A stretch of 64,000 bases of DNA from Octopus vulgaris (lineage: Eukaryota), in NCBI GenBank assembly GCA_951406725.2, contig OX597816.1, positions 120,156,001 through 120,220,000 of the forward strand, given 5' to 3'. A program made the position numbers and the translations under genes. Within the stretch, counting starts at the first letter, position 1. Every line of letters starts with the position of its first letter. Positions 27,801-40,473 of the stretch are shown here, in pieces. The notes under the pieces were generated by a model. That model was not told the DNA's origin and searched no databases. It worked only from the letters and a program-made list of their open reading frames with translations.

Positions 27801-28779
27801 TGGAGGAATCTGAACTCAGAATGTAAAGACAAACTGCGTATATCTGAATTAGTAAAATTAAAGATTCATTATTGTTTTTGACACGAATATATCACCATAG
27901 GCTTATTATTCACACAACTCATCCTTGCTGTAACAGTCGCTCAGCCAATAGAAAGCAGAACTGAGCAGCACCCTTCTTGTGGAGGCATTGTACATACAGC
28001 CACTGCTATTAATGACGTCAGTAAATTGGACAAATCAATTTGCGTAAATAGCATATTCTTGGCAGCTAGCCTGATTAATGAATTATTTACACATTAGCAA
28101 TGTTATATTTGAGTGTAATAATGTTCACAAAGTTTTTGTAGAAAGACAAGTTGGCTTGTGTCTGACCAATGTTTAATATACATCTGCACTGTCGGCTAAT
28201 GTCTATAGATTTAAAGATTTACTCTATAGGCCATTGTAGTTTCAGAATATAACACTGTTACCGATTTACTGAATCCTTTAATGATAGTGGCTAGACATGC
28301 AGTGTATCTGGGAAAACGGTACTCAATTGTTAATGAGATTCCAATGTCAGAATCGAAATCAATGTAGCTGATTTCATTCTTTTCTGTCCACAAAGAGATT
28401 TTATTGAAAAGACAGGCTGTTCACATATATCCTGCTTCAGTTGCATATGCAGTGTTGATTATAATATATTGATTTACAGTATTTTGTAATACATTAATCG
28501 CATCAAAACAGTAGTTAACACATCCGTAATTTTATAATCCTCACCGCTTTTAAGAGAGAACTATAATCAATTATAATAGTAATAATACCATTCACATCTA
28601 GGAATGTTATATATTCCTATCATGTATTGGGAATATACCTGATAGGTAATTTACTGATCCTGGAACCATGAAAAGCAAAGTCGACATTGGGAAGATTTGA
28701 GCTCAGAACATAAAGTATCTTACCTTTTTTCAGCATCATATTCCGTTTAACTTCGAATGCATTAACTCCCATCTCCACC

Positions 28780-29480
28780 GCAACATTAAGGATGTGTGAT
28801 AGTGCGACAACCATTAATAGTGGCATTTGCTTTTAGTGCAAGTGCAAAGCGTAAGTCCATTGGATCTCTTCCCATCATCCTTAGATAATGCCATTGACTC
28901 AGAATTGAGAGGATACTTAACTCTGACTGTGTTTGCATATCTAGTAGTGAGCAAAACGACGAACATTCAGTCGATAATCCACTAAAAGCTCCTGTACCGA
29001 GGGGTTGGTCACACTGACACGTCATTTTTCCGCACGATTCGGCCCCAACTACAAGAACAATGAAAATGCAGAGTTCATCCGGACTAAATGAACCGCCGAC
29101 GTCTGCCACAGGCAAGGTGTCAACCCAATCCTCAGAAAATTTGGAACGTGCAGAAAACAAGAGACACCTTGAATACTAATTAGAGAGTCGAAAACATGAC
29201 GAGAAACATTTACGTAAACCTAAACCCTTGACTCATTTGGCCAACGCAGCCCGGGTAAGAAATTTTGAAGCGAGTTTAACATTGACCACACTTTAGAGTT
29301 TCTCACGAGATCGTCAAAAAGTTGCAAGGACGTCGAGAATCTAAACGAGGGACTAGACTTCAGTTTGCAAACTAACTTATGGATCAGCAAATAATTTCTA
29401 AGATTAAAAAGCTTAGATGGAGCTCAATTGCATCAAGGTCTTTGAGTAGCTACTTAAGCTTTCATGTCTTGGTTCCAAAG
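28780..29480 (-). mobile_element. CRE-clade non-LTR retrotransposon fragment, decayed
   Basis: FSEDWVDTLPVADVGGSFSPDEL...CQCDQPL aligns with YSGDWIDAIPVTNVGGLLSLDEL...CCCDRL in the 52.3-55.4 kb element. Confidence 0.8.
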
Positions 29481-30734
29481 TAAGACAAAAAATTGAAGAC
29501 GTCATCTATAAGATATTGGGGGCAAATACCATTAGTTCAGGGAGTAAACACTGCAGATTGATAACTTGTTTATTCAAATTCTATTTCTGATATAGTTGTC
29601 GTAAGTTTTAGTCAAAACAGCTTTAAGTGCAATACACGAGCGAGCCTCTGAATATTGTGTGTGTGTGTGGGGAGGGATTGTAACGCCATTTTAAAAATTT
29701 GTTGTCACTCTTCCGTTGAAATTATTTTTTTTGGTTTTTGTTCATATATAGGGCAATCGGGCGGAGATCACGTGATGCCATAACGCAGTAGTCGTGATTC
29801 TGCACGCTTTCGTGGATATTCCCTCATCCATAAACATTTTGTTTGTCATTAATTTACACTGATTAATATGCAAGTAAATAGTCACGCAACGTTTATATAA
29901 CATAATGGACATGGGATTGAAACTGGTGCTTACTGTGAACAGTGTACGACCAACAAAAGTTAACAGAAACAATTTAACTAGACTGAGACTAATTACAAAA
30001 TCTTAAGTAGATTAGTCATTGGCAATAAAACGAGACAACAGTCAATGGGAACAAACAAAAGGTGATTTTTCGGGCAAGGCAGTGAGCAATTTTTAAAGGG
30101 TATAGTTACTGGTAGTTGTTCTATTGACCTGAACAAAGGTGGAAAACTAGGGCAACCTTAATGAGATTTGATCATAGAATTTTCTGTCTACATTATCAAC
30201 AAAAGAAGATAATAGTATTGGACAAAAACTGTTAAAAAAAAAAAAAATGCCTCTCCACTACCCTCAACGAAATTTTCAGTAGAAGCTTCAAATTTTGGCA
30301 CAAGGTCAGAGTGGGGAGATCGATTACACAGAGCTCAGTGCTTATCTGGTAATTATTTTATCGATCTCGAAAGGATGCAAAGCCAATCTGACCTCGGCGG
30401 GATTTGAACACAGAAAGCAATAAGTCGGGAAAAATGCCCAAAGCATTTTATCCGAAGCGCTAATAATTTTGGCAGTGTGCTGCCCTAATGGTTTCATATT
30501 TTGGCACAAGCCAGTAATTTTGAGGATGAGAGCTAGTCGACCCCGGCAGAATTTGAGCCCAGAATGTAAAGGTGGACGGAATGCCGCTAAACATTTTGCC
30601 TGGTGTGCTAACGATTCTGCCAGCTCGCCGCCTTAATAATAATAATCCTTTCTACTATAGGCACAAAGCCTGAAATTTGTAGGGGAGAGGGGAGGACAGT
30701 CGATTAGATTGACCCCAGCACGCAACTGATACGT

Positions 30735-31397
30735 TTATAATTCTGCTTGTTCGTTCGTTCACACGTTATGCTCTACTTTGTTTGAAAGATGAAGAGGGAG
30801 TGTGAGAGTGAGTGAGATAGCAGATAACCAGCGGCTGCATTACGCTGTCACTCATGGTATTAGTGGAAGTGAGAGGTGAAGAGAAAAAAAGAAATGTTAA
30901 TATGAAGAAGGGAATTCCATGGTTAAAATGTTTGTTGAGGCAAGTGGGGAGAGAGAGAGAGAGAATGTGCTTAGCAGCAGGAAATTTTATATATTATTAT
31001 GAATGGACATGAAATTACTTAGTAAAATAGCTGTGGGTGTTATTTTAAAAAAAAATTTGCAATGGAATTGAAACTAATCATGTAAATAAAAACATTGTGT
31101 ATATTCTCTATATCGATTTTTGCACATAAATAGTATATAATGTAAAGTAATTATGATGAAATATTGCATAATAAGGAATACGAAGTTATATATTGATCTT
31201 ACAGTTTCAACTGAATTAAATACTAACAAATGATATGTGTACTAAGTATTGTATAAATTGTCAATGCATATTTTTGTATTATATATTGCACACGCAACAA
31301 GATTTATATGCAATAAAATGCATATAATCCTTTCTTTCTTAAATAACTCCTCTCAACTTTTTTCCATTCCGCGGAATTTCCACGGGTCCTGTAAGTA
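30735..31397 (+). mobile_element. Possible non-autonomous Helitron 3' fragment
   Basis: Ends in GC hairpin CCGCGGAATTTCCACGG followed by a degenerate CTAG-like terminus. Confidence 0.3.
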
Positions 31398-33457
31398 ATA
31401 ATAATTCTTTCTACTACAGGCACAAGTCCTGAAATTTTGGGAGAGGGATAAATTAATTTCCTCGACCTCAGTTCTTTACTTGTTTCATCGATCCCAGTTC
31501 TGTACTCATTTCATCGACCCCGAAAGGATGAAAGACATAAGTCAACTTAATAATAATGATGATGGTCAAAAGAATATGAATAATCAACTTTATCAAAGTC
31601 CTGTCATACAGCATGTGTGGTATTTTGTGTTGTCTAGATCAGTGCCGTTGCGATATCAAAAGTTACAAAGGTTTTATCACCAGTAGTTTAAAAAAGTTAC
31701 GCAAACGGTTACAGGAATAGTTTTGATGATGAGAAATTATGGCAAATAGATTGGTAAAGTATAAAAGGAAAAGTGCACAAGTCCTAATTAAACTATACTA
31801 TATCAAAGCTATTAGATAGATGTAGGTTGAAAGGTTGCCAGTATGCATTGCAGCATAATTTTTAAGCATGTAGACTCTTATACAGATGTTATTACTCTTA
31901 ATTTCTTTTAACTTTATGCATATGGGCACAATCCATATACAACTTAACACTTCAAGCTCTAGTACGAGTTTTCAAGGTTGCATGTGGATAGTGCTGGGAC
32001 TGGCATGTACTTATTTCATGAGTAGAAACATTTCAGTGAGGATACTATAGTCTCAACAGCAGAAAAAGAAAATATAATCCATCTTTGGCACTTTTACAAA
32101 AATGTATTAGTGCTACTACATACATAAATATTAAACAATATCCAAAAGAAACCATTTAACTGAACGGCAGAGTCATTCCACTTATATCCACTTACTTTTT
32201 TTTTTTGCCTCTTACACTGTTAATGCAACTAGCAAGCTGCAAATTACCTCCATTCATTATTTCTTCTGTTTCTCACCAGTAGACACTACAGTAAATATTT
32301 TGCTCAATCATCCTTTCAAAGAACTGAAACCTTCTGGAATTCTTTCCTTGTCCACTTTTAACTGCAGTTATCAACTAATCCTTGATCCAACTTAACATCA
32401 ATCTCTTTGATCTCACCAACTTGAAGAATCTAACAAAGGTCATACACAATGCTCTATCTCACCCTTTGACAAATCACATGAAAATATTAATACAATGATC
32501 ATTCCAGCTGTGTGATTCACATCTGGGATTACAACAATGAATACTTATGGGTAGCCTATGTTGTAACCCCAGACATAAATCACAGACTTAACTGATTAAG
32601 TCTATAATTATAGTATATAATTGTGTTTATATAACATGAATAATGACTAATAATGTTAAGTTACAACAGAATGATGACTGATAATGGTTAAGTTTCATTT
32701 GTGATCCAACATGAATTGCAGTAATCAGATATACCATGAATTGTAAGATGTCAAAATAACTAATCTCTGCTGTGACATCAAAGATTGTGCTATACATGTT
32801 ATTAGAGTTAAGAATTATCCTGTCCTAATGGATATAACATGGATTAAGTCTCTTCAAGAGAGGTGATAATGTTTAGATCAGTTGTTTACAAAAATAATTC
32901 ACAAAAGTGTTTATTAAAGCACCGGGGTTATCAGGCATATTACAAAAAAGGTTGTCACAACACTGGTTCACATCAGATGGATATACAAGAAATATAGGAT
33001 TAGTTGTAGAGTGGTTTCATCAGAGGAAAACAAAATGGGGTTAATTTCAACAGTTTCACCCATAGGTAGAATAAGTTATATAAAAGGGCTGTATACTGGT
33101 TACCTTAGTAGAAATATACAGTGGTTACATCAGAGAACCAGCAATGGTTACATAAATAATTCCATTGGAGAAATTTTATAGGGATAATAATACAAATTAC
33201 TCAGATAGGTTACATAGTAGTTGCAGCATTAGTTAGATCATAAAAGTTACAGTGAGTATATCACAGAGATAACACAGAAATTAAAACACACACAGTGGTT
33301 ATATCAAAAGGAATACAACAGAGTCTCCAATAGGAAAGGGGTTACAACAAGGATTACAGCAATATGAATTTACAAGAGTGTATCTGGTGCAAGATAGGGA
33401 CTAAAATGTCCACTGAAATGATATTCCCCTATGTCTTTATAGAATGTAAGGAATGTA

Positions 33458-34692
33458 CAATGGTCAGCTGAAAAGTTCATTGGCTGATCAAGATACTCTC
33501 ATGGATTGTGACAAAAGAAGCTTTATTTTTCAACACAGTCCTCCTCGTGGTCCATGCACTTCTTCCATTGGTGTTGCAGTGCAAGGATCCCATTGGCAAA
33601 GAAGCTTTCATCCTGTTGGTCAAAAAAGTTATCAACACCAGTTATGATGTCATCACTGCAATACTGGTTCTTGGCCAAGTGTTTTTTCATCAGGAAAAAA
33701 GCGGCTTTTTTCCTGATGAGTGATCAATCAGTTCAAAGCCACAGTCACGTACAGAAGCCATTGAAACCAAACACTTATGTGCTGCTACGCTGTCCCAATG
33801 AAACAAGACCCCTTTCATCAGTTTTCTTGGGCACTCAGTCTTGATAGCCATTTGTAACTGTTCCAGCAAGTTGGCATAGTACTCTTCATTGATGGTGTGG
33901 CTCTTTTGTAGATAACCAATAAACACAATGCCTTTTGAATCCCAAAAAACTGAGGCCATCACCTTCCATGCAGATGAAAGCTGGGGAGGGGTGCTTTCAT
34001 TGCATGGATTGTTTCTTTATCTCTGGCTCAATGTGATCAATCCAACACTCATCCTGGATTAGAAAACGTTTAAGGAAACCAGTTGGAAATGTCTGAAACA
34101 ATGTCAAATTTTCCCATGATGTGATCAGCCTGGTGAGCTTTTGATGAGGTGTCAGAAGGCTTGGCAGCCACTGAGCAGAAACCTTCATTATGCTAAGTTC
34201 ATTGTGCAGAATATTCTCAACTCTCTCATGGGATATGCTAATAGCATTGTCTGTTTGGTTTATAGTCAATTGCCTTGTGATGAACATGATCAATGTTTTC
34301 CTTGGTGGTGGCAGTTGTAGACCTAGGATCATCAAGACTCTCCCTCCCCACCCTCCTAAATTCAGCAGCCCACTTTTGCACTGTCAATAAAGCTGGAGAG
34401 TCCATGTCAGCATGAATGTTGTTGTTGTTGTTGGGGATGGGGGAGTGGGGCAGCGCTAAACCCTTTTTCTTCAGGTACTTGGGGTAATACCACAATGCCA
34501 AATTTTGTCCATTTTCAGGAAGTCACTACTAATTACTTTTGAGTTTTCGCTGAACAGTCAGATGTCAGTTTATCAAGAAAGAAACAATGCATTTATTAAT
34601 AAGAAGAGCTGAAAGTGATGCATGCAAAATTTCACAGCAGCTCTGGCCTCATTCCTTCATAGTCAGTCTATGAACTTTTCAGCTCACCCTTG
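33458..34692 (-). mobile_element. Mariner (DD34D) transposon, full-length but decayed
   Basis: TIRs CAATGGTCAGCTGAAAAGTTCAT / ATGAACTTTTCAGCTCACCCTTG, TA flanks; MASVFWDSKGIVFIGYLQK, KVSAQWLPSLLT, QDECW. Confidence 0.92.
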
Positions 34693-35074
34693 TATGTAGG
34701 AAGTTAAGGGTGTTAACATCATTGTTGATGTTAAGGTATTGTGGGAAACATTTAGCAGCATGGTTTTGTTGATGTTGTTGCTTGAATTAAAAGGATATTT
34801 AAAATAAATATGGGGACCAAACAAAGTGACATTATTGTTAGTATTTGAAAAAAATGTAAGAAATTTTTGGCTGCATTACTCACATTTTTTTAGGTGTTAA
34901 AGAATTTTAGAAAATATGAAAGCAACAAGGTAGTGGTTATGTCTTAACATTATTACTAATGTTGGTTGAAAAAGAGATTGATCACTATGAAGAACCAAAT
35001 ACTGTTTATAGAGGAATCATAATCTTCTCTTAGTATACATATTTAGAACACATGGAGAAGAATATGTTAATTAC

Positions 35075-35257
35075 CTTTTGATAGACATATCCACCGGGGT
35101 TTCCCCAACCAAATATTGGATGGGTTGAACTAAACCCATTTATAGCTGGCTGAGAATTTATGGTCAAAACACCATTTTTGTTCAGATATGCCAACTGGTC
35201 TGCTATTAAAGAAGTTTCTGGAGACAAGGCATCATCACTCCAAGGTATGTGTGTTAC
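35075..35257 (-). CDS. MTHFR: MTHFR coding exon 6
   Basis: cag| VTHIPWSDDALSPETSLIADQLAYLNKNGVLTINSQPAINGFSSTHPIFGWGNPGGYVYQK |gtaatt; 183 nt. Confidence 0.97.
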
Positions 35258-36150
35258 CTGTAAAAGCAGTTTCATTTAAAAGTGGAAACAGATTCTATTA
35301 TTTTTCTGATCTCACAAAAAAAAAAAAAAAAAAAAAAAAAATACAGATATTAATTAATCATATAGCAATTAATGAATGTTGAACTATAACCATACTTAAT
35401 ATGCCACACATACATATCTGGTGTAAGCTAAAAACAAAAAAAAAAAAGCTTGTTCAAATAACAATAACATTTTCTATAAACATCATCATACCTTTTCTGA
35501 TTATCAATTAGTATGTGGGTATGAATGAAGTTTTCTCTTACATAAGTAATAATACGTATAGTCTATAAACATTACACACACACACATACAAATATATGAC
35601 AAAAATTTGTAAATGTGATGGAATGCTTCAGCTATATTACCAAACTTAGTTTTTGAGTTCCAGACAATATCAAGAAGCATGATAGCAATGAAGTTATGAG
35701 CTGAAATGCTAACTGTATGTTTAAAAATTCAAACCTTGTTATAACCATTACAGTGTACCCCTAAGCAAGATATAACCTTGCTCGCCTCAGTCTGTCTAAT
35801 TGACAACAGATTTTGAAGTGAATAGTATCTTTTTCTAGAAATACGAAATATATGTCAGCTGTAATATACAGCAGTTAAAAAGTTTCAAAACCATTCAACA
35901 CACTATCAAAGAAAGAGAAAAAAAAATATCTACAATAAAGTACTAAAAAAGAATAAAACTAGAAATTTATATATAAACTAACTTGAAATCAAATAAAAAA
36001 AAATTGAATTAAACTTCTTTTGTTTGTTTTGTAGCCACAAAACTGGAAAGAATTACTGAAATATAGATTTTTAATCAATTGTCTTAGACTTGAAGATCTT
36101 CCATTACTCTTTTGTCTAAGAAAAGGAAGACATTGTTTTTCACAGCTCAC

Positions 36151-36714
36151 CTTTACTCCATTTTGGTTTTCATGTCCTTTGATGAAACAGTAAAATACAT
36201 TCCACACATCTTGCTCTGTTTCTAGCTGAAATCCTAATGATTTTAATTGCTCCTCATTACTAGAATAATTTAGATAAAACATATAGTAGTCAGTCAAATT
36301 TCCAAAACTAGCATGTGAAGAATTGCCCCATCTACCATTTGGGAATTTATTCCAGTCTGCTGTTCGACAAATGTAGCTCTTACGACGACCTTTCCAAAAG
36401 ATTGGGCGGATTTCTTCTTCAAGCCTTACATAGTTTACAGAAGGCTTCCATGGTAAAGGCTTGCTGATTTCCTCATTTAGAAGACCAAGCTGTTTTAAAA
36501 TTGCAGTTGTGGCAAACCTTTGGTTGAGAGTGTAAAAGTGCATTCCTTTTGTCAAACCACTGTTCAAAAGTTTCTTTCCTAATTCAACTGCATGATGCAC
36601 ACCAAAGTTGCGAACAGCTTCGTCATTGTCTTTAATTGGTGTTATGCTGTTAAGAATTTCTTCAGGCACTGAAAGCTGAGTCAGCTTACTGACATGGCGA
36701 AGAGACAGGTAACT
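36151..36714 (-). CDS. MTHFR: MTHFR coding exon 5 (end of catalytic domain, linker, start of regulatory domain)
   Basis: cag| SYLSLRH...PIKDNDEAVRNFG...HFYTLN...RPIFW...FPNGRWGNSS...NQNGVK |gtgagc; 564 nt. Confidence 0.97.
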
Positions 36715-36934
36715 CTGTAGAAATAAGCAAATAAATAAAAAATAATATCTGATGATTTAATTTTAATTCTGGCTATATTTCAACATTGAAATATTAAAGG
36801 GTATACTTTGGTAAGTTCTAAATTAACAAATATGTTAATCAGGAGAATATAATAGCATATAATATTTTTGTACATTTTAAAAACTTTGTTTAAATCATCT
36901 TACGTGTTTTATACATACACATATATGAATCATT

Positions 36935-37205
36935 ATCATCATCGTTTAATGTCCATTTTCCATGCTGGCATGGGCTGGACGGTTTAACTGAGGTCTGAAA
37001 AGCGAGTGGCTGCACCAGGCTCCAATCTCATCTGGCAATGTTTCTACAGCTGGATGCCCTTCCTAACGTCAACCACTCCAAGAGCGTAGTGGGTGCTTTT
37101 TACATGCCACCAGCACAGGAGTCAGTCAGGCGGCCCTGGCATCGATCACATTCAGATAGTGTTTTTTACGTGCCACCAGCACGGGAGCCAGTCAGGGGGC
37201 ACTGG
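36935..37205 (-). mobile_element. SINE/RTE-tail family C with (ATG)n tail; copies approx. 4905-5125, 6790-6925, 7057-7205, 42960-43140, 49780-50350
   Basis: Recurrent CATCATCGTTTAACGTCCGCTTTCCATGCTAGCATGGG...GGATGCCCTTCCTAACGCCAACCACTC. Confidence 0.8.
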
Positions 37206-37237
37206 GTTACATGAAACTAACTTAAATACATACATAC

Positions 37238-37545
37238 AACTGGCACTCCATCAGTTATGATAACGAGGGTTCCAGTTGATCCAATCAATGGAACAAACTT
37301 CTCATGAAATTTATGTGCAAGTGGCAGAGCTTACTCTTAATATAGTTCTCAGGAAGATTCAGCGTAACACAGAATGTGACAAAGCTGGCCCTTTGAAATA
37401 CAGGCACTACTCATTTTTACCATTTGAGTGGACTGGAGCAACATGAAGTGTCTTGCTCAAAGACACAATGTGCTGCCAGGTATCAAACTCTTGATCTTAC
37501 GATTGTGAGGTGAATACCTCTAACCACTCAGCTATGCACCTTCAG
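37238..37545 (-). mobile_element. tRNA-derived CORE-like SINE family D; copies 42622-42942 (+), 45205-45500 (+), 57155-57242 (+, partial), 57926-58250 (-)
   Basis: Head GGTG(T/C)GTGGCTTAGTGGTTAGGG...GAGTT(C/T)(A/G)ATTCC, then CTTGAGCAAGACACTT. Confidence 0.88.
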
Positions 37546-38268
37546 AACATACATACATACTTACATGCATGCATGCATACCTAGGTGAAATAGTACAAAT
37601 GGAATGAAGGGAAAAGACGGACCTTTGAATGATGCGAGTAGTTACAACAAGCGAACAAAATGCAAGTACACAAAAAAATATTACCAAAAAAAGTGTGCAC
37701 AGTGAACTGTATGTTGTCAAAAGAAAAAGGAAAAGAAAGTAAACTAATGTTTCAGGTGAACCCTTTATCAAAGTAGAGTAAAAGAGAACTAAAGAAGAAA
37801 AAAACAAGAAAAGAAACAATACCTTTTTAAAGTATATGCACAGCTTTTGACTACATGATGCATATGTGTGTGTAACATACACACATATCTATATATGTAT
37901 GTGTAACATACACACACATACACCTTGTTGCCACCATCTTTGTCTTCCTTCCAGAACTCTCACCCATTTTTATATAGTGTGGGTTAGCTATGTATCTCCT
38001 CTATAGCAGACATCTGTGTCTGCCCCTAATCATAATTTAGCCTTTCAACACTTGGCATTAAATCACCCCACTCTCCACTACAGCCTCACAAAGTAAAGAG
38101 GTCCTTTTTTTTGTCTTGCAAGTTGTTAGATGATCTCATAATTACTGGTGTTAGAAAAAAGAAAAAGCATCCAGTATGTAAGGCATTTCACTTCAGATAA
38201 TAATTGGCTAAACTTCCTGGGAATATTATCATAAAAAACAAAAAAAAAAAACTAATACCCATTTTTAC

Positions 38269-38462
38269 CTGAATAGGAAGAATTCCTGGTAGTATTGGAC
38301 AGGTGATGCCAATTTCTCTACAATCCTTGACATATTTTTCAAAAGTGTCCATTTCAAAAAATAGTTGTGTTATAATAAAATCCGCACCAGCATCAACCTT
38401 CTCTTTCAGATGTTTTAAGTCCTCTTCGTAAGAAGCACATTCTGGGTGACCTGAGGGGTAAC
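38269..38462 (-). CDS. MTHFR: MTHFR coding exon 4
   Basis: cag| (G)[64 protein letters not shown] |gtaaaa; 194 nt; not in ORF track; Ala retained at human A222 equivalent. Confidence 0.97.
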
Positions 38463-39121
38463 CTGGATTTGAAGGAAAACAGTTTGTAGATATTTACAAA
38501 TATATTTAAGAGAATTTTGTGTTATTTATTTTGTAAACAACATTGTTAATTACTTTAGGTTTCCAGTGAGGCATCTCTGATTCATTACTCTATTATCTAT
38601 TGCAAAAATGTATTGGAGCTTAACGATGTACGTACATGGCATACATATGCTGCATTGGTCCATCTACCATGACTAAGTTATCTTTTATCTTTTACTCATT
38701 TCAGTCAATGGACTGTGGTCATGCTGGACAAACCAACTCTGGTTGCCAAGCAGAGATGGAGTGGGGGTGCTTAAACACAAATACAAAGACACACAGCATC
38801 ATCATGAACACACACACACACACACACACATACAAATGATAGGCTTCTTTCAGTTTCTGTCAACCAAATCCACTCACAAAGCTTTGGCTAGCCTGGTGCT
38901 ATAGCTGAAGACATTTGCTCAAGATGCTATCCAGTGGGACTAAACCCAAAACTATATGTTTGGGTTGCAAGCTTCGAACCTCTCAGCCAACTTAACAAGA
39001 AATTTAATAAAAAAATATTAAAAAAAAACATCTATTCCCTTTTTGGAAACAGTATTATCAGCAACGATCAAGAAAATAATTCTTCAGTTCTTAGATACAC
39101 TTGAACCTGAGTAGTTCTGGT

Positions 39122-39434
39122 CAGTGGCAGACTGGGTCTAAAAATATTGGTTGCCAGGAGACAATGGGGGCCCACCTGCAACTACAAGGGGGCTCATCAG
39201 CAACTACAATGCTATCATTTAATTATTGTTTTTGTTGAAAGTATTCTTTTCAACTGTCTACAAACACACCCAAGCTGAAATAATTAATACATTTTTCCAT
39301 GAGTGAATAAAAAATTCTCAAACTTGAGGAGATGGGCCCCTTAGATACTAACATGGGCCCCCATATACGAATTCTAATGGCACAGGGGCCCATTTGTCAT
39401 CGGGCAAGCTGGCAACCAGGCCAGTCTGCCACTG
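39122..39434. mobile_element. hAT-type MITE
   Basis: Perfect 14-bp TIR CAGTGGCAGACTGG/CCAGTCTGCCACTG and perfect 8-bp TSD GTTCTGGT (39114-39121, 39435-39442). Confidence 0.95.
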
Positions 39435-39492
39435 GTTCTGGTCACACTGGAGCACTGTCCTAATTTGTTAGATAATAAAAGATTGGTCTTAC

Positions 39493-39603
39493 CAGCAACA
39501 ACAATCACAAAATGATCTCCATGTTCTTTTCGTATCAATCTGACCAAGTCTACAGCATAAGGTAGTTCATCCACAGTGCTAGCCACATGGCCTGGAAATT
39601 TAT
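39493..39603 (-). CDS. MTHFR: MTHFR coding exon 3
   Basis: cag| (D)KFPGHVASTVDELPYAVDLVRLIRKEHGDHFVIVVA(G) |gtaaga; 111 nt. Confidence 0.96.
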
Positions 39604-40473
39604 CTGAATAATAATAAAATAATGATTTAGTCTTTTCAGGAATGATGGATCTCGAAGTAAATAAAGCTACAAATAATAGCATGTAAATATTAGGTAAAAA
39701 AAGCCTCTTGGACAGAAAAAATCAAATGCTACCTGTGGGACTTGAACCCACATCTCCTGGAAGTATAACAGCATTTTACTATTAGACCAAAGCAATTCTT
39801 TGTATTTCTCAATCCATTTTAGAAACTTTATTCTTATTAGTAAGAATTGTATTTTAAATCTTAATGATTAACATTTTAATAACTATTTCACCCCATTTTT
39901 CAATCCTTGATTGCATTGTTTACATAGTAGTATTCATATGTGAAATGTTGTAACAAATCAGTGGTGGCTCTAATTTGTATAGAATATTTGTGTCTGGCAA
40001 CAGTCTTGGTAGACACTCACAAGATTATCCACTGGCTTTCCAACAACAACTTTGGACACCTTTTTGAATTCCATATGTCTAACACTCGTGGACATGCTTA
40101 CAAAATCAAAATACAACACAGTACCTATGATCTTTGGAAACATTTTATGTTCAGAATTGCTGAAGCATGGAATATACTATTTGCATCAGCTGTTAGCTGT
40201 CAAGACACTAACATCCTTCAAAACTTTCATGCTTCCTGAAATTCGTTTTCAACAGTTTGATTACCAACATAGAAGCTCTCTCACTTGCTTGTGCAATGTA
40301 TGTTGTATACAAGTGTGAATGTATACATGCATAGAGATGAGTGTAAATAGCTATGAATATACACAAAAGAAGGTGTGTGTTAGTATTTATAATGATGTTC
40401 TGGGCATGGACCTTGGTTCTACTACACCAAATACTTTTGTATGTCTTTACCTCACATATAAACAATATCTTAA

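Noticed and set aside
35989-36150. C-terminal extensions of MTHFR ORFs in the ORF track
   Set aside because: Read-through past GT donors into introns; homology stops at the splice sites.
39728-39792. tRNA gene on the minus strand
   Set aside because: Only a B-box-like GGTTCAAGTCCC and a weak A-box; no cloverleaf; likely a SINE head relic.
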